A DNA stretch of 64,000 nt from a virus. The notes beneath the pieces are model-generated. The model saw nothing but the letters and a program-made list of their open reading frames with translations. It did not search any database and was not told where the DNA came from. This document shows, in pieces, positions 20,801 through 29,977 of this stretch; within the stretch, counting starts at the first letter, position 1, and the number at the start of each line of letters is the position of its first letter. Location: the IMG/VR virus record IMGVR_UViG_3300034068_000289, positions 4,340 through 68,339 of that record. One strand, 5' to 3'. The translations under genes were made by a program, and so were the position numbers.

Positions 20801-23800
20801 TTTTGAACTGGATCTTTAAGATTACTAAAGTATGTCCAGTTATCAATAATTCCCTGCATATTTGTACCAGTGTCTTTGCCAAAATCAATAATGGCTTGCT
20901 TTTCAATTGGACTCTTCATTGCTTCAATTAGATCAAGTTTTGCAGCAAGTTTTTCTAATCCTGGAAGACCTACTGTATCAATGTAGGCACTCATGTCTAT
21001 TTCTAATCCATCTGATGCGCTAAGAAGTGCCAAAGCCTTACCAACTCTATCAAACTCTGCTGGACTCTTTCTGACCATATTAACAACAATGTTTTGTGCT
21101 GTTGTCTTGTTTTTCATTCCAGAAAGAAGTGATGTTAGTTCTGCTACCTTTGTAGCACCTTGTTTTTTAATTCCCACATTTAAAGCAACATCCATACTTG
21201 CAAGGTTGCCATTAAATATCTTCATCATTGTTTCCACTTGTTGAGGATTCATTTGACCAGAAGCCATAAGCATTTGAATCTTTCCTTCAAACACCCTTCC
21301 TGCTGCAACGCTTCCAAATGATTTGTCTTCATCGGCACGTGCGCCAAGATTAAGAACTCTTTGTGCAGATGCCTCATATGCTGTTCCTTTGTACTTAGCC
21401 TTTACATCAGCCTTGCTAGCATCAAAGAATGCATCTTCTTTTGCAGTGCCTGTATAATCTCCAATTATTTCATCTCTTAAATATCCTTCTTGTCTTAATA
21501 CCTGGGCAGCAACAAGCCTGTTCATCTTTTCCATTCCAGCAATCTGCTGATCTTGAACTGCCTTAATCTGATTATCTAATTCTAATTGTCTTTCTTTGTT
21601 GGTTGTTGCAGCACGTTGTGCTGTCAAAGACTTTACCTGGTCTTCATAGTATCTTGCCATTCCGTCGGCTTGCATCTGTGCCATTTCAATCGCATTAGCA
21701 CCAGAGGCAGCAAGTTGTGCTGCTTCAGTTCTACCGCTATTGCCTTTTGCTAAAGCCTCATTTAGTCCTTGGACTACCTGGTCTGATCTTCCTCCAGCAA
21801 CTACTGCAAGTCTTGTTCTTACTGTTAATGGATCTCTTGTTAAGTCTTCTCCATTTGCACCGATAAGATTTCTTAGTTGTCCATCAACCTTCATAGATAT
21901 GCTAGAGTCTTTTAGGTTAACTCCAAGTTGGTAGGCTGTTTGACTTGCAAGGTCTGCGCTCATAGTTCCATCAGCAACTGCTGCTGCTAATTGCATTGCA
22001 AACTGCTGGGCTGCTACTTCAGAACCATTCTCATTTGCGTTCTTTGTGTATGTTGCTGTCAACTCTTTACCAGTTGCGGACCCCATAAACTTCTCGCCTT
22101 CCATGGTTCCCTTACGTGCTGCCTCATTATATCCAGAAAGAAGTCCATCGCCTCTTCTCTTGTTCATAATTTCAGATGCACCAACAAGACCAGTTTCTTG
22201 GCCAATCTTTTTCATTAGATCAGATGTAGCAGATGTTGCTGTTACAAATTTTGCAGTTGCTATTGCTGCGCCTTCAAAATGTTTATTAAGTAAGTATGCT
22301 CCGCCACCAACGGCTGCAAGACCTGCAACAGCCCAACCTACTGGACCCATTCCTGCTAGTGCTGGGGCAATAGATGCAACTGTAGATGCTGCTCCAAGTG
22401 CTCCTGTTACTGCTGGTGGTGCCCCCATGGTGCCTGCGACCATAGTAGCCATTCCTAGGCCTCCAGCAGCCTTGCCAGAGAACTTTCCAACCTTTTCTCT
22501 ACGCATGCCACGCTTCATCTTATTGTATGTCTTCTTGTCCATTGGGTCGCCTGTACCTGGATCAATAAATACTTTTCCATCTTCACGAGCATATCCAGAG
22601 GCTTCTTTGAGCGCTTGTTCTTTTGTAAGTCTGTTATCAAGATTTTGTGACTGTGAAGCAGAAGAACTAATCTTTGCACGAAGTGCAGCAAGTTCTCTTT
22701 CTTTCTCTGCAAGAATTTCACGATCTTTCTTTGAAATTTGATCTGCAAGCATAGAAGATGTTTGCTGTGCATTTGCTGTTTGATCTGCTGCATTTGCAAT
22801 TTGTTGTGAACTATTTGCTGTTGCTTCAGCAAGATCTGACGCTGTTACTATGTTATCTTGATGTCTTCTCTGTGCCTCTAGTGAATCCCCAGTTGCCTTA
22901 GATAGTTTATCTACCTCTAGTGTTAGCGTTGCAGATGATTTATCAATTCTGTCAGAACTGGATCCAGAGGATATTGAACCCTTACCTGATCTTCTTCTCC
23001 TATCAAGAGATTTAAGAACCTGTCTTTGGTCTCTCATATCTGGGGTATCTATATCATCATAAAATTCTTTATTATCAGTGTCAATCTTGGCAGCATTCTT
23101 TAGTTTATCTGACTGTGCTGATACATCCTTAGTTTTTGATGCTAGCCCTTGACTTAGTCCATCTCCAATATCTTGTCCAAGTTTTTTAGTTCTCTTTGAT
23201 GGCGATGCTGTCTTTGCAATCTCTTTTTCTGCTCTTGTCAAATCTTTATCTAATGCATCGCTAATTTCTGTTGAAGCCTTTACAAATTCTGGATTTCTTT
23301 TCCTGTATGGCTTTACACTTGATGAAGCACCAAGTTCTGATCTTAGGGCTGTTTCTTTGGCTGCTAAAGATATTCTTTGACCTTCTGAGCCACGATTCTC
23401 TGCACCGCCAAAAGTACCAACAACTGAAGTTGATTTGGCATCAGCAATTGCCTGCTTCATCATTCCACTGACGGAATCCCCAAGTTGAGATTGTGCTTGC
23501 TCTACTGCTGCGTAAAATTCTGGATCATTAACAAACTCTGTTGGAATCTTTGAAACTTCGCTTGAAATTCTGCCTGCAAACACCTGCATATCTGCATGCA
23601 TTTGAGATGCAATTGCAGGATCATTAAGTGCTTCTTGCAATGACATCCCCATAGACCTTGCATACTGATCATACATCGGGGCCATTGTAATTGACATATC
23701 TTCGCCACTAAACCTAGAGGCAAGATCTGTAGGAGACATCTGTCCCTTATTTGCTTTTTCTGGAAGCATGAATCCAAAATTGCTAAACTGTCTAACATAT

Positions 23801-26460
23801 CCATTTGGATCTCCTGCTCTAGCAGCATCTGCTGAAGACTGTAGGTGCTTTCCAACTCCAGATGTTTTTGATGTTGCTAAGTCTGCAAGCCTTTGCAGTT
23901 CTTGTGGATCTCTTATTGGGGCGCCTGGCGCCTGACCATGAGCAAATACAAGATTCTCTCCGTTGAACGTTGTTGCAGAGGTTCCCTTTGGTCTATTTCT
24001 TGCTACGCCTTCTTGTTCAAGAATGTTTTTTAATGTTTCCCCAGATAACTTTTTAAATCCATCTCCTGCTGCTCTTGCTTCATCTTCAAGTCTTTGCAAT
24101 ACACGAGATACTCCTTCAATGTCTTTGCTGAACTTAGATAGTTCTGAAATTAATGCAAGATTTGCGCTTTGTGGTGTTGCTCTATTTGGTATTGCATAAC
24201 TTCTGCCACCAAAAGAAATATTTGATCCATCTGCACCAATACCATCTCTACCAGTTGCATATCCTGGAACAGAATCATTTCCAATTGCTCTTAGTAGTGG
24301 TCCATACTTATCAGTGTTTTCTTTTGATACAACAGTCTCTCCTGGTTCAAGCATGGCTGGGACTTTATCGCCAGTACCAGTACCTGGAACGCTGAATACA
24401 CCCTCTGCATACTTTCTTGGAGCAAGACCTGATGTTGCGCCCATCGCACCAGGGGCTGCATTAAATAATCCTGGGGATGACATTGCAAGTGCTCTTGCCT
24501 GTGATGCTGCATTTCCATATGCTGCTGCCAAGGCATTTGCTGCTCCTGCTTCAACATTAAATGTTTCAATTAATTTTTGATGTGATGTATGAAGTGCGTT
24601 AGACTGTGCAAGGCTTTCAATCTGTTGCTGAGTCATATAGTCAAAGCCTGCACCAAGGACGTTGCTTTGTCCATTAAGTTTTGCCATTCCTCCACGGAGC
24701 ATTGCAAAGAACTTGATTACGTTTGCAGTTCCGTTAGCAAGCAAACCAAAAGCCATGAGTGCAACTGGTGCCAAACCTCCAACCACTCCAACAATAGTTG
24801 TTATGATTTTCTTTGTTCCATCACTTAGGTTATTAAACTTTGCTAATATATCTCCAACAAATTTTACAATAGGTGTTGCAGCCTCAAGGAATGCCTTACC
24901 CAAAGGCATCAATTGAACCTTCATATCTTCAATTGCCTTTTGGAATTTCTTTCCAGTTGCATTTTCAATCTTTGATGTTTCTCGCTCTGCCAGGATTGCT
25001 AACTCTTCCATAGAGGCGCCTGCCAAACCTAGTGCTCTAGAAGCCTGACTACCATCTTTTGTTATGTTCTGGAATAATGTTGATAGACGGGCAAACTGGA
25101 ACTTACCAAACATCTGCTCAATTGCTCTAGCACGGTTGAGTGGATCTAGTGTATCTAATGCTCTTGCAAATCCTACTACGGTTCCCTTTATGTCCCCCGC
25201 ATTATTATTTACAATTCCCTTGATATTAATACCAAGCCCAGCGAGCATCTCTGCTGCTTTCTTGGAAGGGTTAATCATAGATGCAAGACCAGATTTAAGT
25301 GCGTTAGCACCTTCTGATGCGTTGATGCCACCTTCCTTCATTGCTGTTAGGAAGAACGCAAGATCTTCAACAGATCCTCCAAGTTGCTTGATTACTGGGG
25401 CTGCTTTTGGAATTGCAATTGTTAAATCTTCAATAGATAGAACAGTTTGGTTTTCTACAGCGTTGAGAAAGTTAATCTTGGTTGCTAATTGTTCAGAAGA
25501 TATTCCAAAAGCATTTTGCAAAGATATAGTAGTCTCTAGGGCTTGTTGCTGATCAACCTGACCAAGAACAGCAAGCCTAGTTGCCTGTGTTACTTGAGCG
25601 GTAAGTGCTGCGCCAGCATAGCCTGCTGCTGCTGCATCTGCAGCCATGTTCATTGTATCTTTTACTGCAACACCATACTTGGTAAACTCACCAGCGAGTC
25701 TTTTAATTCCATCAACAGCCTTATCTGTTTCTGCAACGCTAGTTGCCATATCCCCGTATACACGCTGGAATTTTACAGTTGCTTCTTCCATTTCTCTAAA
25801 TGTTTTAGCAGCAAAGGATCCAAGCATTGTAAGAGGAATTGTTAAACCAACCATTAACTGACGGCCTGCCCACTGAGTATTCTTACCAAAATTTAATAGT
25901 TGTGTTGAACCCTGCTTGAGTAGTTGGTTGAGGAACTGCTGTCTTTGTGCAGCCATCTGAACACGTGTTGCATAATCCGTATAAGCGCCATTGGTCATTT
26001 GCAGATGCTTTGGCATGACCTGAAGTGTCTTTACTAATTGACCATTAGCATTTGTTAATTGGACATATTGACTTTGAAGTGTCTTTACTCTATCCTTGCT
26101 TGCACGTTGAAGGATTTCCTTCTCTTGAGCAAAGAAGTTTTTTAAGACATTGCTGTTTAATGATGTGGCTGCTGCGGTGTATCTAAAATATTGTTTAAGG
26201 CTTAACTGGTTTTTTTCTAGCGCACTGGTGAAGGCTGCAGTGGAAGTGTGGACATCCTTTTGGCTAGCAATGAACTTTCCAGTTTGATTAATCGACTGGA
26301 TGAGTTGGCTGTTTAAACCCTTTTGTGCATTTTCAGCAGCAATGTTTCCTTGTGTTAAGGATTGGTTAAACTTGCTTAGACCAGCCTGAAGCCTTCTTAA
26401 TTCTGAAAGAGCCGTGGCCGTATCAAAATGTATGCCTATATTAGCATTTACATCAGACAC
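17881..26460 (-). CDS. Tail tape measure protein (2859 aa)
   Basis: TP901-like core (ASEGANALKSGL), Ala/Gln-rich helices, two hydrophobic segments, two 'PAML.PGE.VV' motifs; follows the chaperones; GTG start with GAGG RBS. Confidence 0.93.
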   Translation of the reverse strand: MSDVNANIGIHFDTATALSELRRLQAGLSKFNQSLTQGNIAAENAQKGLNSQLIQSINQTGKFIASQKDVHTSTAAFTSALEKNQLSLKQYFRYTAAATSLNSNVLKNFFAQEKEILQRASKDRVKTLQSQYVQLTNANGQLVKTLQVMPKHLQMTNGAYTDYATRVQMAAQRQQFLNQLLKQGSTQLLNFGKNTQWAGRQLMVGLTIPLTMLGSFAAKTFREMEEATVKFQRVYGDMATSVAETDKAVDGIKRLAGEFTKYGVAVKDTMNMAADAAAAGYAGAALTAQVTQATRLAVLGQVDQQQALETTISLQNAFGISSEQLATKINFLNAVENQTVLSIEDLTIAIPKAAPVIKQLGGSVEDLAFFLTAMKEGGINASEGANALKSGLASMINPSKKAAEMLAGLGINIKGIVNNNAGDIKGTVVGFARALDTLDPLNRARAIEQMFGKFQFARLSTLFQNITKDGSQASRALGLAGASMEELAILAERETSKIENATGKKFQKAIEDMKVQLMPLGKAFLEAATPIVKFVGDILAKFNNLSDGTKKIITTIVGVVGGLAPVALMAFGLLANGTANVIKFFAMLRGGMAKLNGQSNVLGAGFDYMTQQQIESLAQSNALHTSHQKLIETFNVEAGAANALAAAYGNAASQARALAMSSPGLFNAAPGAMGATSGLAPRKYAEGVFSVPGTGTGDKVPAMLEPGETVVSKENTDKYGPLLRAIGNDSVPGYATGRDGIGADGSNISFGGRSYAIPNRATPQSANLALISELSKFSKDIEGVSRVLQRLEDEARAAGDGFKKLSGETLKNILEQEGVARNRPKGTSATTFNGENLVFAHGQAPGAPIRDPQELQRLADLATSKTSGVGKHLQSSADAARAGDPNGYVRQFSNFGFMLPEKANKGQMSPTDLASRFSGEDMSITMAPMYDQYARSMGMSLQEALNDPAIASQMHADMQVFAGRISSEVSKIPTEFVNDPEFYAAVEQAQSQLGDSVSGMMKQAIADAKSTSVVGTFGGAENRGSEGQRISLAAKETALRSELGASSSVKPYRKRNPEFVKASTEISDALDKDLTRAEKEIAKTASPSKRTKKLGQDIGDGLSQGLASKTKDVSAQSDKLKNAAKIDTDNKEFYDDIDTPDMRDQRQVLKSLDRRRRSGKGSISSGSSSDRIDKSSATLTLEVDKLSKATGDSLEAQRRHQDNIVTASDLAEATANSSQQIANAADQTANAQQTSSMLADQISKKDREILAEKERELAALRAKISSSASQSQNLDNRLTKEQALKEASGYAREDGKVFIDPGTGDPMDKKTYNKMKRGMRREKVGKFSGKAAGGLGMATMVAGTMGAPPAVTGALGAASTVASIAPALAGMGPVGWAVAGLAAVGGGAYLLNKHFEGAAIATAKFVTATSATSDLMKKIGQETGLVGASEIMNKRRGDGLLSGYNEAARKGTMEGEKFMGSATGKELTATYTKNANENGSEVAAQQFAMQLAAAVADGTMSADLASQTAYQLGVNLKDSSISMKVDGQLRNLIGANGEDLTRDPLTVRTRLAVVAGGRSDQVVQGLNEALAKGNSGRTEAAQLAASGANAIEMAQMQADGMARYYEDQVKSLTAQRAATTNKERQLELDNQIKAVQDQQIAGMEKMNRLVAAQVLRQEGYLRDEIIGDYTGTAKEDAFFDASKADVKAKYKGTAYEASAQRVLNLGARADEDKSFGSVAAGRVFEGKIQMLMASGQMNPQQVETMMKIFNGNLASMDVALNVGIKKQGATKVAELTSLLSGMKNKTTAQNIVVNMVRKSPAEFDRVGKALALLSASDGLEIDMSAYIDTVGLPGLEKLAAKLDLIEAMKSPIEKQAIIDFGKDTGTNMQGIIDNWTYFSNLKDPVQKEAIQTYTALHNTLISFENEDARRAWAAKLAEQEALGFGAKGSKEYTTAYTTKFNTLTSGTLNDPAAAAKTANAMVVAKYGVDPVVASKAAGKTTDTGSGTKPADPYADLLKRLKEVRLASINAEGGIKALNKALLAAKKGGIGDAYKGIKEQMQDKGKNSQYMDFIMGLDPKEQAKFMRTAKAGTGKNKGKAIDPFTGKVIKDGKVGDVVFSKNAQQVEAGLNKAITGDFIVAQKAVLKNLNEQEIVTKKLAALGMSNSEIQQVLSDEAMTTVIATGKITDKELATNIALEKQRVAREKINELINVGKTAIEEQSNNTKIPAVLEFFAKNGPAMSPKALNSLISDPKSLAGAIAAMETYGTDAEKAKEQVEAIAKGLEAVQANSTIKIALEYANSDLKGKATKGLEAAQKIMNVRKTAYSNMSINELRKAQTSDNTALGGKASWNVGEAGYQAAVKNGVDPSAGMMGKSLASIQKQRASLAQAIGVATAKTTALESQLTTAQNKLSKDLETNAKKYESLIKSQESIIKTKQDFIKKNFEDPAKALGVESNKISNDLSIMAHSADEINKKYDAQAEALANVQRINENIIRQQQQQLGLADALSSGDIAAAAKAAQDMRAADASNYAGGVSSAMDQSRNNEIKNLKNDSGQSQEQLQERQYQISQELFKLETDPARLAAEKAIEEAQAQIVVYQEAQVAAAEKLQSDFDTINATIQTQLADQKTILDTLMQQDAQLALEEISAQAVVDQIMALDDSSGHTLEMWEEIVAKMEEGEPLSEAYAVAMEAAADSALSNKNSWASVLDTMNKIPKSLYTKHVYDEIHNITNYITNYVTTVAVAAKTGGKSDGGTADSNTGSANTSKTAGGKWAPYAMASGGMVPRYFAQGGFNMIPIGTDTIPAMLSPGEFVVSKFAVDNFGVDKLRSINTGNTDLGSVYNYNLSVNVKSDANPNDIAQTIIEQIRQVDNQRIRSNRL

Positions 26461-26487
26461 GTTTCATTCCACCTCTTTACATTATTT

Positions 26488-26817
26488 TTACTTAGTTAAA
26501 GAATTAACTAATGCAGTTGGATCAGCAAGTTGGATTCCAGAGGCTGCATCTACTACTTCATATACTGTAGGTAGGTCGATGTTTTCTTCTAGTGCTGCTC
26601 TATCTTCTGCGAGTTCTGGACTGTACTGCTTGAATGCGATCTGTACGCAATCAAGAAGAATGTCCATAGACTTTTCATTATTGTCTGCCACTGTGCTTAG
26701 TTCTTGGAACTTTTGCATGAATGGCTTAAGTAGTGAAATCTTTAGTGGTTGTACTGTTACCTTTGTACCGTCGATTAAAACTACGTGCTTTTTATCTGTT
26801 GTGGCTTTGTCTGCCAT
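26488..26817 (-). CDS. Tail assembly chaperone (G-like)
   Basis: Directly before the TMP; paralogous to the N-terminus of 26872-27552 (PLKI...IA.KQY.PE...P.VY). Confidence 0.75.
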   Translation of the reverse strand: MADKATTDKKHVVLIDGTKVTVQPLKISLLKPFMQKFQELSTVADNNEKSMDILLDCVQIAFKQYSPELAEDRAALEENIDLPTVYEVVDAASGIQLADPTALVNSLTK

Positions 26818-26871
26818 AGTATTTCCTCCTGTGGATTGTTAAATTAATTATACCACAGCAAGCGTGTTTTT

Positions 26872-27552
26872 TTAACCCTCTACAATTTCGTAGTCTATAC
26901 CCATACCTACACCAAACCCTGCCTTTGATGCTGTTGCACCTTGATAGGCAAGAATGTCATTTCCATCAACTGCTTGACCTTTACTGAATACCCTGGCCTT
27001 CATGTCTTCCCATTCTTGCTGACCGCCACCAGAACCAGCATCTAAATCTACTCCTTGCATTGCTGCTATAAATTTCTTTTCGTTATGATCCAATTCTCTT
27101 TTAACACTGAGGGTTGCAAGTATCTCTGGCATAGACATTGACTTTTCTAGTTCTAGATAATCTTTCCAGATCCCAAGCAAAAATACTTCTGATTCTATCT
27201 TTGCTAAATCTAATTCTTCCCAGGAAGATCCACTGTCTACTGCCTGCTTTTTTACAGACTCTTCTGAATCTTTATTTACTTTAATACCTGCAGCATAGTT
27301 GAGGAGTTTGTATACAATTGGCATGTTACATATGTCTTCTGCTTCTGGATAAAACTCTGGGCAGTATTGCTTTAATGCTATAGAGGCACACAAAGCAAGG
27401 TTAGTCATTGCTTCATCATCACCATCAGAGTTTTTAACAAGTTCAAAGGCATCCATTAATTCTCTTAAATATTTTATCTTTAATGGTACTGCTTCAACTA
27501 TAACTCCATTTAGTAATTCTACTTGTCCTGATTCATATATTTTTGTTGCCAT
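26872..27552 (-). CDS. Tail assembly chaperone (GT-like, fused in frame)
   Basis: Between major tail and TMP; G-like N-half plus a WEELDLAKIESEVFLLGIW C-half. Confidence 0.75.
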   Translation of the reverse strand: MATKIYESGQVELLNGVIVEAVPLKIKYLRELMDAFELVKNSDGDDEAMTNLALCASIALKQYCPEFYPEAEDICNMPIVYKLLNYAAGIKVNKDSEESVKKQAVDSGSSWEELDLAKIESEVFLLGIWKDYLELEKSMSMPEILATLSVKRELDHNEKKFIAAMQGVDLDAGSGGGQQEWEDMKARVFSKGQAVDGNDILAYQGATASKAGFGVGMGIDYEIVEG

Positions 27553-27566
27553 TATATAAGTATACC

Positions 27567-27599
27567 AAAAGAAAAAGCCCCATCCGTTAGGATGAGGCC
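27567..27599 (-). terminator. Intrinsic terminator after the major tail gene
   Basis: Minus strand GCCTCATCC-TAAC-GGATGGGGC hairpin followed by TTTTTCTTTT. Confidence 0.75.
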
Positions 27600-27628
27600 A
27601 ATTCTATTATTAAGTTGTGGTTTAAAGA

Positions 27629-28273
27629 TTAAGCGCCTCCGCCAGCAGTGCCAACGGTACGGTCAACGATCTTTCCGTATGAACCAGATGAGTCATCTGG
27701 AAGTAGACGGAATGAAACTTCAAACATAGAAGCAGCATCACGCTTTGCAGATACTGTTACGCTTTCGATTGAAAGTGCACGGTATGCAGTGTAGATACGC
27801 TCCTTTGCAACTGCTGCGTCGCCAGATCCTGGACCTACAGCAATTAGACCTGCTTCAACTGGGACATCGCCCAAGTCTCCTGCAGATAGGTTAAGTGTTG
27901 GGTTTCCCGCAACTGTAGACAAGTTAGAATCCTTTGCTGCTAATGCAACTAGAAGGTTTTCCATTGTTGCTTCAGCGAATGATGTCTTTAGATTGACCTT
28001 CATACCTTGCTTGAACAACTTTGCTACGTCAAGAACCTGATCAACAGCAACTTCACCGAAATCTGGCTGGAACTGTAGTTCTAGACCATTGCTGGTATAG
28101 CCTACGTTACGCCACTTTGCAGTGTTGGCTGATGCTGAAAGGGTCTCTGTGTACTTTGTACCAGACACGAATGCTGGAACTGAAGTAGATGGTGTAAGGG
28201 CACCGTCTTCGTATGTGAAGAGCGCTGCTGCGCCAACGATTATGTTAGCGTTACTTCCTCTTGAATATGCCAT
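27629..28273 (-). CDS. Major tail protein
   Basis: NIIVGAA...VGYTSNGL...VDQ...EAT..NL...F.LLPD pattern; position; downstream terminator. Confidence 0.85.
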   Translation of the reverse strand: MAYSRGSNANIIVGAAALFTYEDGALTPSTSVPAFVSGTKYTETLSASANTAKWRNVGYTSNGLELQFQPDFGEVAVDQVLDVAKLFKQGMKVNLKTSFAEATMENLLVALAAKDSNLSTVAGNPTLNLSAGDLGDVPVEAGLIAVGPGSGDAAVAKERIYTAYRALSIESVTVSAKRDAASMFEVSFRLLPDDSSGSYGKIVDRTVGTAGGGA

Positions 28274-28347
28274 ATTTTTTCACCTTTTCCTTTATATGAA
28301 ATAAAGGGCTTGTTTCCTCGTATTAATTATAACAGCGTTTTTACTGA

Positions 28348-28860
28348 TTATACCAGTGGGGTTGAGGGGTCTTTGTAGTGATAATCGTACTCAATAATTA
28401 TTTTATTACCCGCCCAGGTTCTGGCTGTTCCAAAGTCGATGATATCTCGGCTTTCATTAAGTTGATAAATCTTAAAAGTATGGAAGAATATATCTGTGCG
28501 GTACTCTTCTGGAACTAAAGTTTTATTTGAAGCATACCAATTATTAATATCTTGTCCTGATTCATCAGAACGATCAAAGTGCTCAAGGAATCTCTCTTGG
28601 ATTCCGTATAAATCTACAATATCTCTTGCATAAAAATAATACAACAATTGCTCACACCTTATGTGTGGAAATGGTCCACGCCTCATTCTAAACATTCTGT
28701 CATAAACTCCAAGAAGATTTACTGGTCCTCCTGGAAATTGCTCAGTAAATGCGTCAATGTCTGTTGGCATAGTTGGAACAATAGCGCCAGCCAAACTATC
28801 GGCAAAGACCTTGTCTTTAATGTAAGCATTAATGATTGCTGGTGGCATGTTTGTTTTCAT
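28348..28860 (-). CDS. Tail terminator-like protein
   Basis: Synteny (gene before the major tail protein). Confidence 0.55.
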   Translation of the reverse strand: MKTNMPPAIINAYIKDKVFADSLAGAIVPTMPTDIDAFTEQFPGGPVNLLGVYDRMFRMRRGPFPHIRCEQLLYYFYARDIVDLYGIQERFLEHFDRSDESGQDINNWYASNKTLVPEEYRTDIFFHTFKIYQLNESRDIIDFGTARTWAGNKIIIEYDYHYKDPSTPLV

Positions 28861-29540
28861 TATGATACCCTCCCAAGTGATGCAGTTGCTACCCAGCGAG
28901 ATCCAGTTGATACTCCAACAGACCTTCCGCCTCTTGCTCCTGCACGAATGTTTTCCTTAAATACTTTAGCATTCTTAAAATGATCTGATAAACCACTTGC
29001 CTTTAAAAATGATTGCCTAAAATAAACACTAAAAAATGAATCTAAAACTTTTGCAAATTGACCTTGTGACTGACCTCCAGGGTTATCAATAGTAACTGAA
29101 TTTGGAGTAAATATTGTCTGTCCATCAATATCGAATGCTAAGACCTTTGCTTTCCTAGGTGCTATGGTAACGGGTGTTCCGCTTTCCATAATCTGCGCCT
29201 TGCTGTAGAAGGGTACTTTAGATCCATCTTTTATAGTAGTTGATTGTTTAAAACTGCTAGAGAATTTTAAACCTGTTGATGTTATTGAGTAATTTATATC
29301 GTACAGTCGTGACTCTGGGCTTCCTATCTGATACCACTCATATATATGATGAAGTGTTTGTGGGCTTACCCTCGCATTTGAGTCTATATATCTATATACA
29401 ATTTCTGTAATCTCTGGTCCTAAATTTCTGTACATCTCTGCTTTACCGTATTCAAGTCCTTCAAGAAATCCAAATGAGTAGTCCATTATGTTTTTCATTT
29501 CTTTATTAAATGCTGCTGTATTAAATCTAAGACTTATCAT
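28860..29540 (-). CDS. Neck / head-tail component
   Basis: Synteny; GTPVTI.P..AKVLAF motif typical of neck proteins. Confidence 0.55.
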   Translation of the reverse strand: MISLRFNTAAFNKEMKNIMDYSFGFLEGLEYGKAEMYRNLGPEITEIVYRYIDSNARVSPQTLHHIYEWYQIGSPESRLYDINYSITSTGLKFSSSFKQSTTIKDGSKVPFYSKAQIMESGTPVTIAPRKAKVLAFDIDGQTIFTPNSVTIDNPGGQSQGQFAKVLDSFFSVYFRQSFLKASGLSDHFKNAKVFKENIRAGARGGRSVGVSTGSRWVATASLGRVS

Positions 29541-29977
29541 ATTGTTGACACCTGGTTTTCAGATCTTCTAACAACTAGTTTGTAGTATTCAATTCCTCCG
29601 AATGGGCCAACGTATGGTTCATTGGTTGCAATTTCAAATATTGTTGACTTGCCTGCTCTAACTCCTGCTGTCTCTGTATATATTGGTGTCCCAGATGAGT
29701 CTCTTATGTTTGTTAGTACAATGTTTGTAATAGAGGTGGCTTCTTGTCGTTCTGAGATTCGAATGTCATTCTTTGTTCTTCCGTATAGAACTGAACTGTG
29801 TGTTATATTTACGTTGGGTGCTACTTCTTCTTTAAGTCCCGCAGAAGATAGGCTACAAGCAATTGTCTTGTCTATTAGCCACTGCTTTTTTACTTCTCCA
29901 AGATCCCCTTGTGTAACGATTGGGTAATAAACATCAGCCAATAGTGGGAAGGTAAAATCTGAAATTTCGCATAACAT
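29537..29977 (-). CDS. Head closure/stopper protein
   Basis: Synteny; size; GEVKKQW motif. Confidence 0.55.
   Translation of the reverse strand: MLCEISDFTFPLLADVYYPIVTQGDLGEVKKQWLIDKTIACSLSSAGLKEEVAPNVNITHSSVLYGRTKNDIRISERQEATSITNIVLTNIRDSSGTPIYTETAGVRAGKSTIFEIATNEPYVGPFGGIEYYKLVVRRSENQVSTI

Noticed and set aside
18020-26842. Many 60-230-aa antisense or alternative-frame ORFs over the TMP (similarly over the fibre genes)
   Set aside because: Explained by codon bias of Ala/Thr-rich genes; no start signals.
26818-26900. Programmed frameshift joining the tail chaperones
   Set aside because: The genes are separated by a stop, a promoter and an RBS, and the long form precedes the short one.
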